Part shown: piece by piece, positions 27,926-43,600 of the stretch
Layout of the letters: every line of letters starts with the position of its first letter
Numbering within the stretch: position 1 is the stretch's first letter
Assembly: GCF_009914755.1 (NCBI RefSeq)
Contig: NC_060946.1
Direction: 5' to 3' (one strand)
Length of the DNA: 64,000 bases
DNA from: the human T2T-CHM13v2.0 reference genome, Homo sapiens
Position numbers and translations under genes: made by a program
Notes under the pieces: model-generated
Told to the model about the DNA's origin: nothing
The model's input: only the letters and a program-made list of their open reading frames with translations
Databases searched by the model: none

Positions 27926-30900
27926 ACGGAGTTGAACCTTTCTTTTCATAGAGTAGTTTTCAAAAACTCCTTTGGTAAAATCTGCAAGTTCACGTTTGGA
28001 GATCTTTGTGGCCTACGGTGGATAAGGAAATATCTTCACGTAAAAACTAGACAGAAGTATTTTCCGAAACTTCTTTGTGATGTGTGCATTTCACTCACAG
28101 AGTTGAAACTTTCTTCTGTTAGAGCAGTTTTGAAACACTCTTTTTGTAGAATCCGCAAGTGGACATTTGGAAAGCTTTGAGGCTTATGGTAGAAAAAGAA
28201 ATATTTTCACATAAAAACCAGACAGAAGTATTCTCAGAAACTTCTTTGTGATGTTTACATTCAACTGACAGTGTTGAACACAAATTTTCACAGAGCAGTT
28301 TTGAATCACTCTTTTCGTAGAATCTGCAAGTGGATATTTGTACTGCTTTGGGGCCTTTGTTGGAAACGGGAATATCTTCACATAAAATCAAGACAGAAGT
28401 ATTCTCAGAAACTTCTTTGTGATGTGTGCATTCAAATCACAGACTTGAACCTTTCTTTTGATAGAGCAGTTTTGAAACACTCTTTTTGTAGAATCTGCAA
28501 GTGGATATTTGGATGGCTTTGAGGCCTTCGTTGGAAGCGGGAATATCTTGACATATAAGCTAGACAGAAACATTCTCAGAAAGTTCTGTGTGATGAGTAC
28601 ATTCAGCTGACAGAGATGAACCCTTCTTTTGATAGAGCAGTTTTGAAACACTCCTTTTGTAGAATCTGCAAGTGCACAATTGGTGAGCTTTGAGGACTAT
28701 GGTGGAAAAGGAAATATCTTTACATAAAAAGCAGACAGAGGCATTCTCAGAAACTTCTTTGTGATGTTTGCATTCAATTCACCGAGTTGAACATAACTTT
28801 TCATACAGCAGTTTTGAAACACTCTTTTCATAGAACCTGCAAGTGAATATTTGGACTGCTTTGACTCCTTCATTGGAAACGGGAATATCCTCGCATAAAA
28901 TCTAGACAGAAGCATTCTCAGAAACTTCTTTGTGATGTGTGCATTCAACTCAGAGAGTTGAACTTTTCCTTTTACAGAGTAGTTTTTAAAAACTCTTTTT
29001 GTAGAATCTGCATGTGCAAATTTGGAAATCATTAAGGCGTATGGTGTAAAAGGACATTTCTTAACGTAAAAACCATACAGAAGCATCCTCAGAAACTACA
29101 TCGTGATGTTTTCATTCAGCTCACAGAGTTGAACCTAACTTTTCATACAGCAGTTTGGAAACGCTCTTTTCATAGAATCTGCAAGTCGATATTTAGACTG
29201 CTTTTGAGGACTTCGTTGGAAACGGGAATATCTTCATATAAAAACTAAACAGAAGCATTCTGAGAAACTTCGTGATGTGTGCATTCAACTCACAGAGTTG
29301 AATCTTTGTTTTGATAGAGCAGTTATGAAACACTTTTTTTGTAGAATCTGCAAGTGAACATTTGCAGTGCTTTGAGGCCTATGTTGGAAAAGGAAATATC
29401 TTCACATAAAAACCAGACGGAAGCATTCTCAGAAACTTCTTTGTGATGTTTCCTTTCAACTCACAGAGTAGAACATACCTGTTCATAGAGCAGTTCTGAA
29501 ACACTCTTTTCGTAGAATCTGCAAGTGGATATTTGGACTGTTTTGAGGCCTTCGTTGGAAACGGGAATATCTTCACATATAAGCTATAGAGAAGAATTCT
29601 CAGAAACTTCTTTGTGATGTGTGCATTCAACTCACAGATTTGAACATTTCTTTTCATACAGCAGTTCTGAAACAGTCTTTTTGTAGAATCTGCAAGTGGA
29701 CATTTGGAGAGCTTCAAGGCCTGTGGTGGAAAAGGAAATCCCTTCAAATCAAAATTAGACAGAAGCATTCTCAGAAACTTCTTTGTGATGTTTGCATTCA
29801 ACTCACAGAGTTGAACAAACCTTTTCTAAGAGCAGCTTTGAAACACTTTTTCCGTAGAATCTGCTAATGTATACTTGGACTGCTTTGAGGCCTTCATTAG
29901 AAACGGGAATATCTTCACATAAAATCTAGACAGAAGCATTCTCAGAAACTTCTTTGTGAAGTGTGCATTCAACTCACAAAGTTGAACATTTCTTTTGATA
30001 GAGCAGTTTTGAAACACTCTTTTTGTACAATCTGCTAGTGGACATTTGGATGATTTGAGACCTCTAGTGTAAAAGGAAATATCTTCACATAAAAACCAGA
30101 GAGAAGCACTCTCACAAATTTCTTTCTGATGTTTGCATTCAACTCACACAGTTGAACCTACCTTTTCATACAGCAGTTTGGAAACACTCTATTCGTAGAA
30201 TCTGCAATTGGATATTTGGGCTATATTGAGGCCTTCGTGGGAAACGGGAATATATTCACATAAAATCTAGACAGAAGCATTCTGAGAAACCTCTTTGTGA
30301 TGAGTGCATTCAACTCACAGATTTGAACCTTTCTTCTGATAGAACAGTTTTGAAAAACGCCTTTTGTAGAATCTGGAAGTAGACATTTGGAAACTTTGAG
30401 GTCTATGGTGGAAAAAGAAATATCTTCACATAAAAACCAGACAGAAGCATTCTCAGAAACTTCTTTCTGATGTTTGTATTAAACTCACAGAGTTGAACGT
30501 ACCTTTTCATAGAGCAATTTTGAAACACTCTTTTCGTAGAATCTGGATATTTAGACTGCTTTGAGGCCTTCGTAGGAAACGGGAATATCATCACATAAAA
30601 ACTAAACAGAAGCATTCTGAGAAACTTCTTTGTGATGTGTGCATTCAACTCACAGGGTTGAACCTTTCTTTTGATAGAGTAGTTTTGAAACACTCTTTTT
30701 GTAGAATCTGCAAGTGAACATTTGCAGTGCTTTGGGGACTATGGTGAAAAAGAAAATATCTTCACATAAAACAAAAAAGACGCATTCTCAGAAACTTCTT
30801 TGTGATGTTTCCTTTCAACTCACAGAATTGAACATACCTGTTCATAGAGCAGTTCTGAAACACTCTTTTCGTAGAATCTGCAAGTGGATATTTGGACTGT

Positions 30901-33900
30901 TTTGAGGCCTTTGTTGGAAACAGGAATATCTTCACATATAAGCTAGACAGAAGAATTCTCAGAAACTTCTTTGTGATGTGTACATTCAAATCACAGAGTT
31001 GAACATTTCTTTTGATAGAGCAGTTCTGGAACACTCTTTTTGTAGAATCTGCAAGTGGACATTTGGAGAGCTTCGAGGTCTGTGGTGGAAAAGGAAATCT
31101 CTTCACAGAATAACTAGACAGAAGTATTCTCAGAAACTTCTTTGTGATGTTCGCATTCAACTCAGAGTTGAACAAACCTTTTCTAAGAGCAGTTTGGAAA
31201 CACTTTTTTTGTAGAATCTGCAAATGTATATTTGGACCGCATTGAGGTCTTCGTTGGAAGCGGGAATATCTACACATAAAAACTAGACAGAAGCATTCTC
31301 AAAAACTTCTTTGTGATTTGTGCATTCAACTCACAGAGTTGAACCTTTCTTTTGATAGAACAGTTTTGAAACACTCCATTTGTAGAATCTGCAAATGTAC
31401 AATTGGTGAGATTTGAGGCATATGGTCGAAAAGGAAATATCTTCAAATATAAAGCAGACAGAAGCATTCTCACAAATTTCTTTGTTATGTTTTCATTCAA
31501 CTCACAGAGTTGAACATACCTTTTCTAAGAGCAGTTTTGAAACACTTTTTTCGTAGAATCTCCAGTGGATATTTGGACTGCTTTGAGGCCTTGGAGACGA
31601 GATTATCTTCACATTAAAACTAGGCAGAAGCATTCTCAGAAACATCTTTGTTATCTGAGCATTCAACTCACAGAGTTCAACCTTTCTTTTGATAGAGCAG
31701 CTTTGAAACACTATTTTGGTAAAATCTGCAAGTGGACATTTGGATATCTTTGTGGCCTACGTTGGAAAATGTAATATATTCAAATATAAACTAGGCAGAA
31801 GCATTCTCAGAAACTTCTTTGTGATGTGTGCATTCAGCTCACAGAGTTGAACCTTTCTTCTGGTAGACCAGTTTTAAAACACCCTTTTTGTAGAATCTGC
31901 AAGTAGATATTTGGAAAGCTTTGAAGCCTATGGTGGAAAAGGAAATGTCTTCACATAAAAACCAGATAGAAGCATTCTCAGAAACTTCTTTATGATGTTT
32001 GCATTCAACTCACAGAGTTAAACGTAACTTTTCAAAGAGCAGTTTTGAAACGCTGTTTACGTAGAATCTACAAGTGGATATTTAGACTGCTTTGAGTTCT
32101 TCGTTGGAATCGGGAATATCTTCACAAAAAAAGTAGACAGAATCATTCTTAGAAACTTCTTTGTGATGTGTGCATTCAACTCAGAGTTGAAACTTTCTTT
32201 TGATAGAGCAGTTTGGAAACACTCTTTTTGTAGAATCTGCAAGTGAGCATTTGTAGTGCTTTCAGGCCTATGGTGGGAAAGGAAATATCTTCACATAAAA
32301 ACCAGACAGAAGCATTCTCAGAAACTACTTTGTGATGTGTGCATTCAACTCACAGAGTTGAACATACCTATTCATAGAGCAGTTCTGAAACGCTATTTTC
32401 ATAGAATCTGCAAGTGGATATGTTGACCGGTTTGAGGCCTTCGTTGGAAATGTGAATATCTTCACATATAAGCTAGACAGAAGTATTCTCCGAAACCTCT
32501 GTGTGATGAGTACATTCAACTGACAGAGTGGAGCCTTTCTTTTGATAGAGCAGTTTTGAAACACACTTTTTGTGGAATCTGCTAGTGGACATTTGGAAAG
32601 ATTTGAGGCCTATTGTGGAGAAGGAAATATCTTCACATAAAAACCAGACAGAAGCATTCACAGAAATTTCTTTGTGATGTGTGCATTCAACTCACAGTGT
32701 TGAACCTTTCTTTTGATAGAGCAGTTTTGAAACACTCTTTTGTAGAATCTGCAAGTGAACATTTGTAGCGCTTTGAGGCCTATGGTGGAAAAGGAAATAT
32801 CTTCACATAAAAACCAGACAGAAGCATTCTCACAAACTTCTTTGTGAGGTTTGCATTCAACTCACAGAGTTCAACCTACATTTTCCTACAGCAATTTTGA
32901 AACACTCTTTACATAAAATCTGCAATTGTATATTTTATTACATTCAGGCCTTCATTGGAAACGGGATTATCTTCATGTAAAACCTAGACAGAAGCATTCT
33001 CAGAAACTTGTTCGAGATGTGTGCATTCAACTTACGGTGTTGAACCTTTCTTTTCATAGAACAGTTTTGAAACACTCTCTTTGTAGAATCTGCAAGTGGA
33101 CATATGGAAAGCTTTGAGGCCTATGATGGAAAAAGAAGTATCCTCACAAAAAAACCATATAGAAGCATTCTCACAAACTTCTCTGCGATGTTTGCATTCA
33201 ACTCACAGAGTTGAACACACTTTTTCATACAGCTGTTTTGAAACACTCTTTTCGTAGTATCTACAAGTGGATATTTGGACTGCTTTGAGGCCTTCGTTGG
33301 AAACGGGAATATATTCACATAAAATATAGACAGAAGCATTCTCCGAAACTTCTTTGTGATGAGTATATTCAACTGACAGAGTAGAACCTTTCTTTTGATA
33401 GAGCAGTTTTGAAACACTCTTTTTGTAGAGTCTGCAAGTGTACATTTTGTGAGTTTGAGACCTATGGTGGAAAAGGATATATCTTCACATAAAAACCAGA
33501 CAGAAGCATTCTGAGAAACTTCTTTGTGATGATTGCTTTCAATTCACAGAGTCGAACATACCTTTTCATAAAGCTGTTTTGAAACACTCTTTTCTTACAA
33601 TATGCAAGTGGTTATTTGGACTGCTTTGAGGCATTCGTTGGAAACGGGAATATCTTCACATAGAATCTAGACAGAAGCATTCTCCGAAACTTCTATGTGA
33701 TGTGTGCATTCCACTCACAGAGTTGAACCTTTCTTTTGATAGAGTAGAATTGAAACACTCTTTATGTAGAATTTGCAAGTGGACCTTTGGAGATTTTGAG
33801 GCCTATGGTGGAAAAAGATACATCTTCACATAAAAACCAGACAGAAGCATTCTCAGAAACTACTTTGCGATGTCTGCATTCAACTCACAGAGTTCAATAT

Positions 33901-34606
33901 ACCTTTTCATACAGCAGTTTTGAAACACTGTTTTCGTAGAATCTGCAAGTGGATATTTGGACTGCTTTGATGCCTTCGTTGGTAAAGGGAATATCTTCAC
34001 ATATGAGCTGGACAGAAGAATTCTCCAAAACTTCTTTGTGATGTGTACATTCAACTCACAGAGTTGAACATTTCTTTTGATAGAGCAGTTTTGAAACACT
34101 CTTTTTGTAGAATCTTCAAGGGGACATTTGGAGAGCTTCGAGGACTGTGGTGGAAAAGGAAATATCTTCACATAAAAACTAGACAGAAGCATTCTCAGAA
34201 ATTACTTTGTGATGTTTGCATTCAACTAACAGAGTTGAACCTACCTTTCCATACCGCAATTATGAAACACTATTTTCGTAGTATCTGCAAGTAGATATTT
34301 GGACTACTTTGAGGCCTTCGTTGGAAACAGGAATATCTTCACATAAAATCTAGACAGAAGCATTCTCAGAAACTTCTTTGAGATGTGTGCATTCAACTCA
34401 CAAAGCTGAACCTTTCTTTTGATTGAGTAGTTATGAAACAAACTTTTTGTAGTATCTGCAAGTGGACATTTGGAAATCTTTGATGCCTATGGTGGAAAAG
34501 GAAGTATCTTCACATAAAAACCAGACAGAAGCATTCTCAGAAACTTCTTTGTGATGTTTGCATTTAACTCACAGAGTTAAACATTCCTTTTCATACAGCA
34601 ATTTTG
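27926..34606 (+). repeat. Alpha satellite, mixed A/B type, forward orientation
   Basis: CATTCTCAGAAACTTCTTTGTGATG monomers with ~171-bp period and both A and B boxes. Confidence 0.95.
28526..28542 (+). promoter_or_regulatory. CENP-B box (representative; others at 29211, 29550, 31249, 33292, 41921, 42604, 47026, 50780, 51122)
   Basis: CTTCGTTGGAAGCGGGA matches the canonical box exactly. Confidence 0.9.
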
Positions 34607-34847
34607 TTTTTTTTTTCAGTTTTCTTTTTTTTTTAATTTTTTTATTATACTTTAAGATTTAAGGTACATGTGCACATTGTGCAGGTGAGTTACATACATA
34701 TACACGTGCCATGCTGGTGTGCTGCACCCACTAACTCGTCATCTACCATTAGGTATATCTCCCAATGCTATCCCTCACCCCTCCGCCACCCCACAACACT
34801 CCCCAGAGTGTGATGTTCCCCTTCCTGTGTCCACATGATCTCATTTT

Positions 34848-38674
<3,827 letters not shown>

Positions 38675-38737
38675 TATGATGTTAGCTGGTTATTTTGCTC
38701 GTTAGTTGATGCAGTTTCTTCCTAGTCTCGATGGTCT

Positions 38738-39755
38738 TTACATTTTGGCATGATTTTGCAGCGGCTGGTACTGGTTGTTCCTTTCCATATTTAGCGCTTC
38801 CTTCAGGAGCTCTTTTAGGGCAGGCCTGGTGGTGACAAAATCTCTCAGCATTTGCTTCTCTGTAAAGTATTTTATTTCTCCTTCGCTCATGAAGCTTAGT
38901 TTGGCTGGATATGAAATTCTGGGTTGAAAAATCTTTTCTTTAAGAATGTTGAGTATTGACCCCCACTCTCTTCTGGCTTGTAGGGTTTCTGCAGAGAGAT
39001 CCGCTGTTAGTCTGATGGGCTTCCCTTTGAGGGTAACCCGACCTTTCTCTCTGGCTGCCCTTAACATTTTTTCCTTCATTTCAACTTTGGTGAATCTGAC
39101 AATTATGTGTCTTGGAGTTGCTCTTCTCGAGGAGTATTTTTGTGGCATTCTCTGTATTTTCTGAATCTGAACGTTGGCCTGCCTTGCTAGATTGGGGAAG
39201 TTCTCCTGGATAATATCCTGCAGAGTGTTTTCCAACTTGGTTCCATTCTTCCCGTCACTTTCAGGTACACCAATCAGACGTAGATTTGGTCTTTTCACAT
39301 AGTCCCATATTTCTTGGAGTCTTTGCTCATTTCTTTTTATTCTTTTTTTCTCTAAACGTCCCTTCTCACTTCATTTCATTCATTTCATCTTCCATTGCTG
39401 ATACCCTTTCTTCTAGTTGATCCCATTGGCTCCTGAGGCTTCTGAATTCTTCACATAGTTCTTGAGCCTTGATTTTCAGCTCCATCAGCTCCTTTAAGCA
39501 CTTCTCTGTATTGGTTATTCTAGTTATACATTCTTCTAAATTTTTTTCAAAGTTTTCAACTTCTTTGCCTTCGGTTTGAATGTCCTCCCGTAGCTCAGAG
39601 TAATTTGATCATCTGAAGCCTTCTTCTCTCAGCTCGTCAAAGTCATTCTCCATCCAGCTTTGTTCCATTGCTGGTGAGGAACTGCATTCCTTTGGAGGAG
39701 GAGTGGCGCTCTGCTTTTTAGAGTTTCCTGTTTTTCTGTTCTGTTTTCTCCCCAT
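38738..39755 (-). pseudogene. L1 ORF1 (RNA-binding chaperone), frameshifted
   Basis: ATG at 39755 (ATGGGGAGAAAACAG). The C-terminal piece RPNLRLIGVPE...NHAKM is in the ORF track. The 1018-nt span is not a multiple of 3. Confidence 0.92.
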
Positions 39756-40657
39756 CTTTGTGGTTTTATCTACTTTTGGTCTTTGATGATGGTGATATAC
39801 AGATGTGTTTTTGGTGTGGATGTCCTTTCTGTTTGTTAGTTTTCCTTCTAACGGACAGGACCCTCAGCTGCAGGTCTGTTGGAATACGCTGCCATGTGAG
39901 GTATCACTGTGCCCCTGCTGGGGGTGCCTCCCAGTTAGGCTGCTCGGGGGTCAGGGTCAGGGACCCACTTGAGGAGGCATTCTGCCCATTCTCAGATCTC
40001 CAGCTGTGTGCTGGGAGAAACACTGCTCTCTTCAAAGCTGTCAGACAGGGACATTTAAGTCTGCAGAAGTTACTGCTGTCTTTTTGTTTGTCTGTGCCCT
40101 GCCCCCAGAGGTGGAGCCTACAGAGGCAGGCTGGCCTCCTTGAGCTGTGGTGGGCTCCACCCAGTTCGAGCTTCCCGGCTGCTTTGTTTACCTAATCAAG
40201 CCGGGGCAATGGTGGGAGCCCCTCCCCCAGCCTCACTGCCACCTTGCAGTTTGATCTCAGACTGCTGTGCTAGCAATCAGTGAGACTCCATGGGCGTAGG
40301 ACCCTCTGATCCAGGTGCGGGATATAATCTCGTGGTGTGCCGTTTTTTAAGCCTGTCGGAAAAGGGCAGTATTCGGGTGGGAGTGACCCCATTTTCCAGG
40401 TGCTGTCTGTCACCCCTTTCTTTGACTCAAAAAGGAACTCCCTGACCCCTTGTGCTTCCCAAGTGAGGCAATGCCTCGCGCTGCTTCGGCTCGTGCACAG
40501 TGCGCACACCCACTGACCTGTGCCCACTCTCTGGTACTCACTAGTTGAGATGAACCTGGTACCCCAGATGGAAATGCAGAAATCACCCATCTTCTGTGTC
40601 ACTCACACTGGGAGCTGTAGACCAGAGCTGTTCCTATTCAGCCATCTTGGCTTCTCC
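39756..40657 (-). promoter_or_regulatory. L1 5'UTR internal promoter with intact YY1 site (GCCATCTT, 40641-40648 on +), CpG-depleted
   Basis: Matches the L1PA 5'UTR, with many CG-to-TG/CA changes. Confidence 0.85.
40209..40283 (+). pseudogene. L1 antisense ORF0, truncated by CGA>TGA after 24 codons
   Basis: Translates MVGAPPPASLPPCSLISDCCASNQ*, matching the primate L1 ORF0 N-terminus. Confidence 0.75.
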
Positions 40658-43600
40658 TGATAGAGCAGTTTTGAAACACTCTTTTTGTAGATTCTGCAAG
40701 TTGATATTTGGACTATTTTGAGGCTACCATTGGAAACGGGAATATCATCACATAAAAACTAGACAGAAGCATTCTCAGAAACTTCTTTGTGATGTGTACA
40801 TTCAACTCACAGAGTTGAATTTTCTTAGGATAGAGCAGTTTCCAAACACTCTTTCTGTAGAATCTGCAAGTGGTCATTTGTAAAGCTTTGAGGACTATGG
40901 TGGAAATGGAAATATCTTCATGTAACAACCAGACAGAAGCATTCTCAGAAACTTTTTTGTGATGTTTGCATTCAACTCACAGAGATGAACCTTTCTTTTG
41001 ATAGAGCAGATTTGAAACACTCTTTTTGTAGCATCTGCTAGTGAACATTTGTAGTGCTTTGAGGCCTATGTTGGAAAAGGAAATATCTTCACATAAAAAC
41101 CAGACAGACGCATTCTCAGAAACTTCTTTGTGATGTTTGCTTTCAACTCACAGAGTTGAACATAGCTGTTCATAGAGCAGTTCTGAAACGTTCTTTTCGT
41201 AGAATCTGCAAGTGGATATTTGGACTGCTTTGAGGCCTTCGTTGTAATCGGGAATATCTTCACATATAAGCTAGACAGAATCATTCTCAGAATCTTCTTT
41301 GTGATGTGTACATTCAACTCACAAAGTTGAAGCTTTCTTTTGATAGAGCAGTTTCAAAACACTCTTTTAATAGAATCTGCAAGTGGATATTTGGAGAGCT
41401 TTGAGTCCCGTGGTGGAAAAGGAAATATCTTCACACAAAAACAAGACAGAAACATTCTTAGAAACTTCTTTGTGATGTCTGCATTCAACTCACAGAGGTG
41501 AACATACCTGTTCATAGAGGAGTTCTGAAATGCTCTGTTCGTAAAATCTGCAAGTGGATATTTGTACTGCTTTGAGGCATTCGTTGCAAACGGGAATATC
41601 TTCACATATAAGCTAGACAGAAGAATTCTCAGAAACTTATTTGTAATGTGCACATTCAACACACAGAGTTGAACCTTTCTTTTGATAGAGCAGTTTTGAA
41701 ACAGTCTTTTTGTAGATTCTGCAAGTGGACATTTGGAGAGTTTTGAGGCCTTTGGTGGAAAAGGAAATATCTTCACATAAAAACTAGACAGAGGCATTCT
41801 CAGAAACTTCTTTGTGATGTTTCCATTAAACTCACAGATTTGAACATACCTTCTCATACAGCAGTTTTGAAACACACTTTTCGTAGAATCTGCAAGTGGA
41901 TATTTGGACTACTTTAAGGACTTCGTTGGAAACGGGATTGTCTTTACATAAAATCTAGACAGAAGCATTCTCAGAAACTTCTTTGTGATGTGTGCATTCA
42001 ACTCTCAGAGTTGAACCTTTCTTTTGATGGAGCAGTATTGAAACACTCTTTTGGTAAAATCTGCAAGTGGACATTTGGAGATCTTTGAGACCTACGTTGA
42101 AAAAGGAAATATCTTCACATAAAAACTAGAGAGAAGCATTCTCAGAAACTTTTTAGTGATGTTTGCATTCCACTTACAGAGCTGAAAATACCTTTTCATA
42201 CAGCAGTTTTGAAACACTCTTTTCGTAGAATCTGCAGGTGGATATTTCAACTGGGTGGAGCCCTTCATTGGAAACAGGAATATCTTCACACATAAGCTAA
42301 ACAGAAGCATTCTCAGAAACTTCTTTGTGATGTGTGCATTCAACTCACAGAGTTGAACCTTTCTTTTGATAGAGCAGTTTTGAAACACACTTTTTTTACA
42401 ATCTGCAAGAGAACATTTGTAGTGCTTTGAGGACTATGGTGGAAAAGGAAATATCATCACATAAAAACCAGACAGAAGTATTCTCAGAAACTTGCTTGTG
42501 ATGTTTGCATTCAACTCACAGACTTGAAAGTAACTTTTCGTAGAGCAGTTTTGAAAAGTCTTTTCGTATAATCTGCAAGTTGATATTTAGACTGTTTTGA
42601 GGCCTTCGTTGGAAACGGGAATATCTTCACATAAAAACTAGACAGAAGGATAATCAGAAACTTCTTAGTGATGTGTGATTCAACTCACAGATTTGAACCT
42701 TTCTTTTGATGGAGCAGTTTTGGAACACTCTTTTTGTAGAATCTGCAAATGAACATTTGTAGTGCGTGGAGGTCAATGGTGGAAAAGGAAATATCTTCAC
42801 ATCAAAACCAGAAAGAAGCATTCTCAGAAACTTCTTTGTGATGTTTACATTAAACTCACAGAGTTGAACATACCTATTCATAGAGCAGTTCTGAAACACT
42901 CTTTTCGTAGAATCTGCAAGTTGATATTGGACTGCTTTGAGGCCTTCTTTGGAAACGGGAATATCTTCACATAAAAACTCGAAAGAAGGGTTCTCAGAAA
43001 CTTCTTTGTGATGTGTGCATTCAACTAACAGAATTGAACCTTTCTTTCATTAGAGCAGATCTGAAACACTCTTTTTATAGAATCTGGAAGTGGACATTTT
43101 GAGAGCTTTGAGACCTAAGGAGGAAAAGGATACATCTTCACATAAAAACCTGAAATAAGCATTCTCAGAAACTACTTAGTGACGTTTGCATTCAACTCAC
43201 AGTGTTGATCATACCTTTGCATAGAGGAGTTCTGAAACACTCTTTTCGTAGTATCTGCAAATGGATATTTGGATTGCTTTGAGGCCTTCGTTGGACACGG
43301 GAATATCTTCATATAAAATCTACACAGAAGCATTCTCAGAAACTTCTTTCTGATGTGTGCATTCAACTCACAAAGTTGAAATTTTCTTTTGATAGAGCAG
43401 TTTTGAAACACACTTTTTCTGGAATCTGCAAGTGTACGTTTGGAGAGCGTTGAATCCTGTAGTGGAAAAGGAAATATCTTTACTTAAAAACTCGACAGAA
43501 GCATTCTCAGAATCTTCTTAGTGATGTTTGCATTCAACTCACGGAACTGAACACACCTCTTCATATAGCAGTTCTGAAAAACTATCTTCGTAGAATCTGC

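Noticed and set aside
27000-28850. Fold-back inverted duplication around the strand switch
   Set aside because: The flanking monomers are not mirror copies (B-type on the left, A-type on the right), so it looks like an inversion breakpoint.
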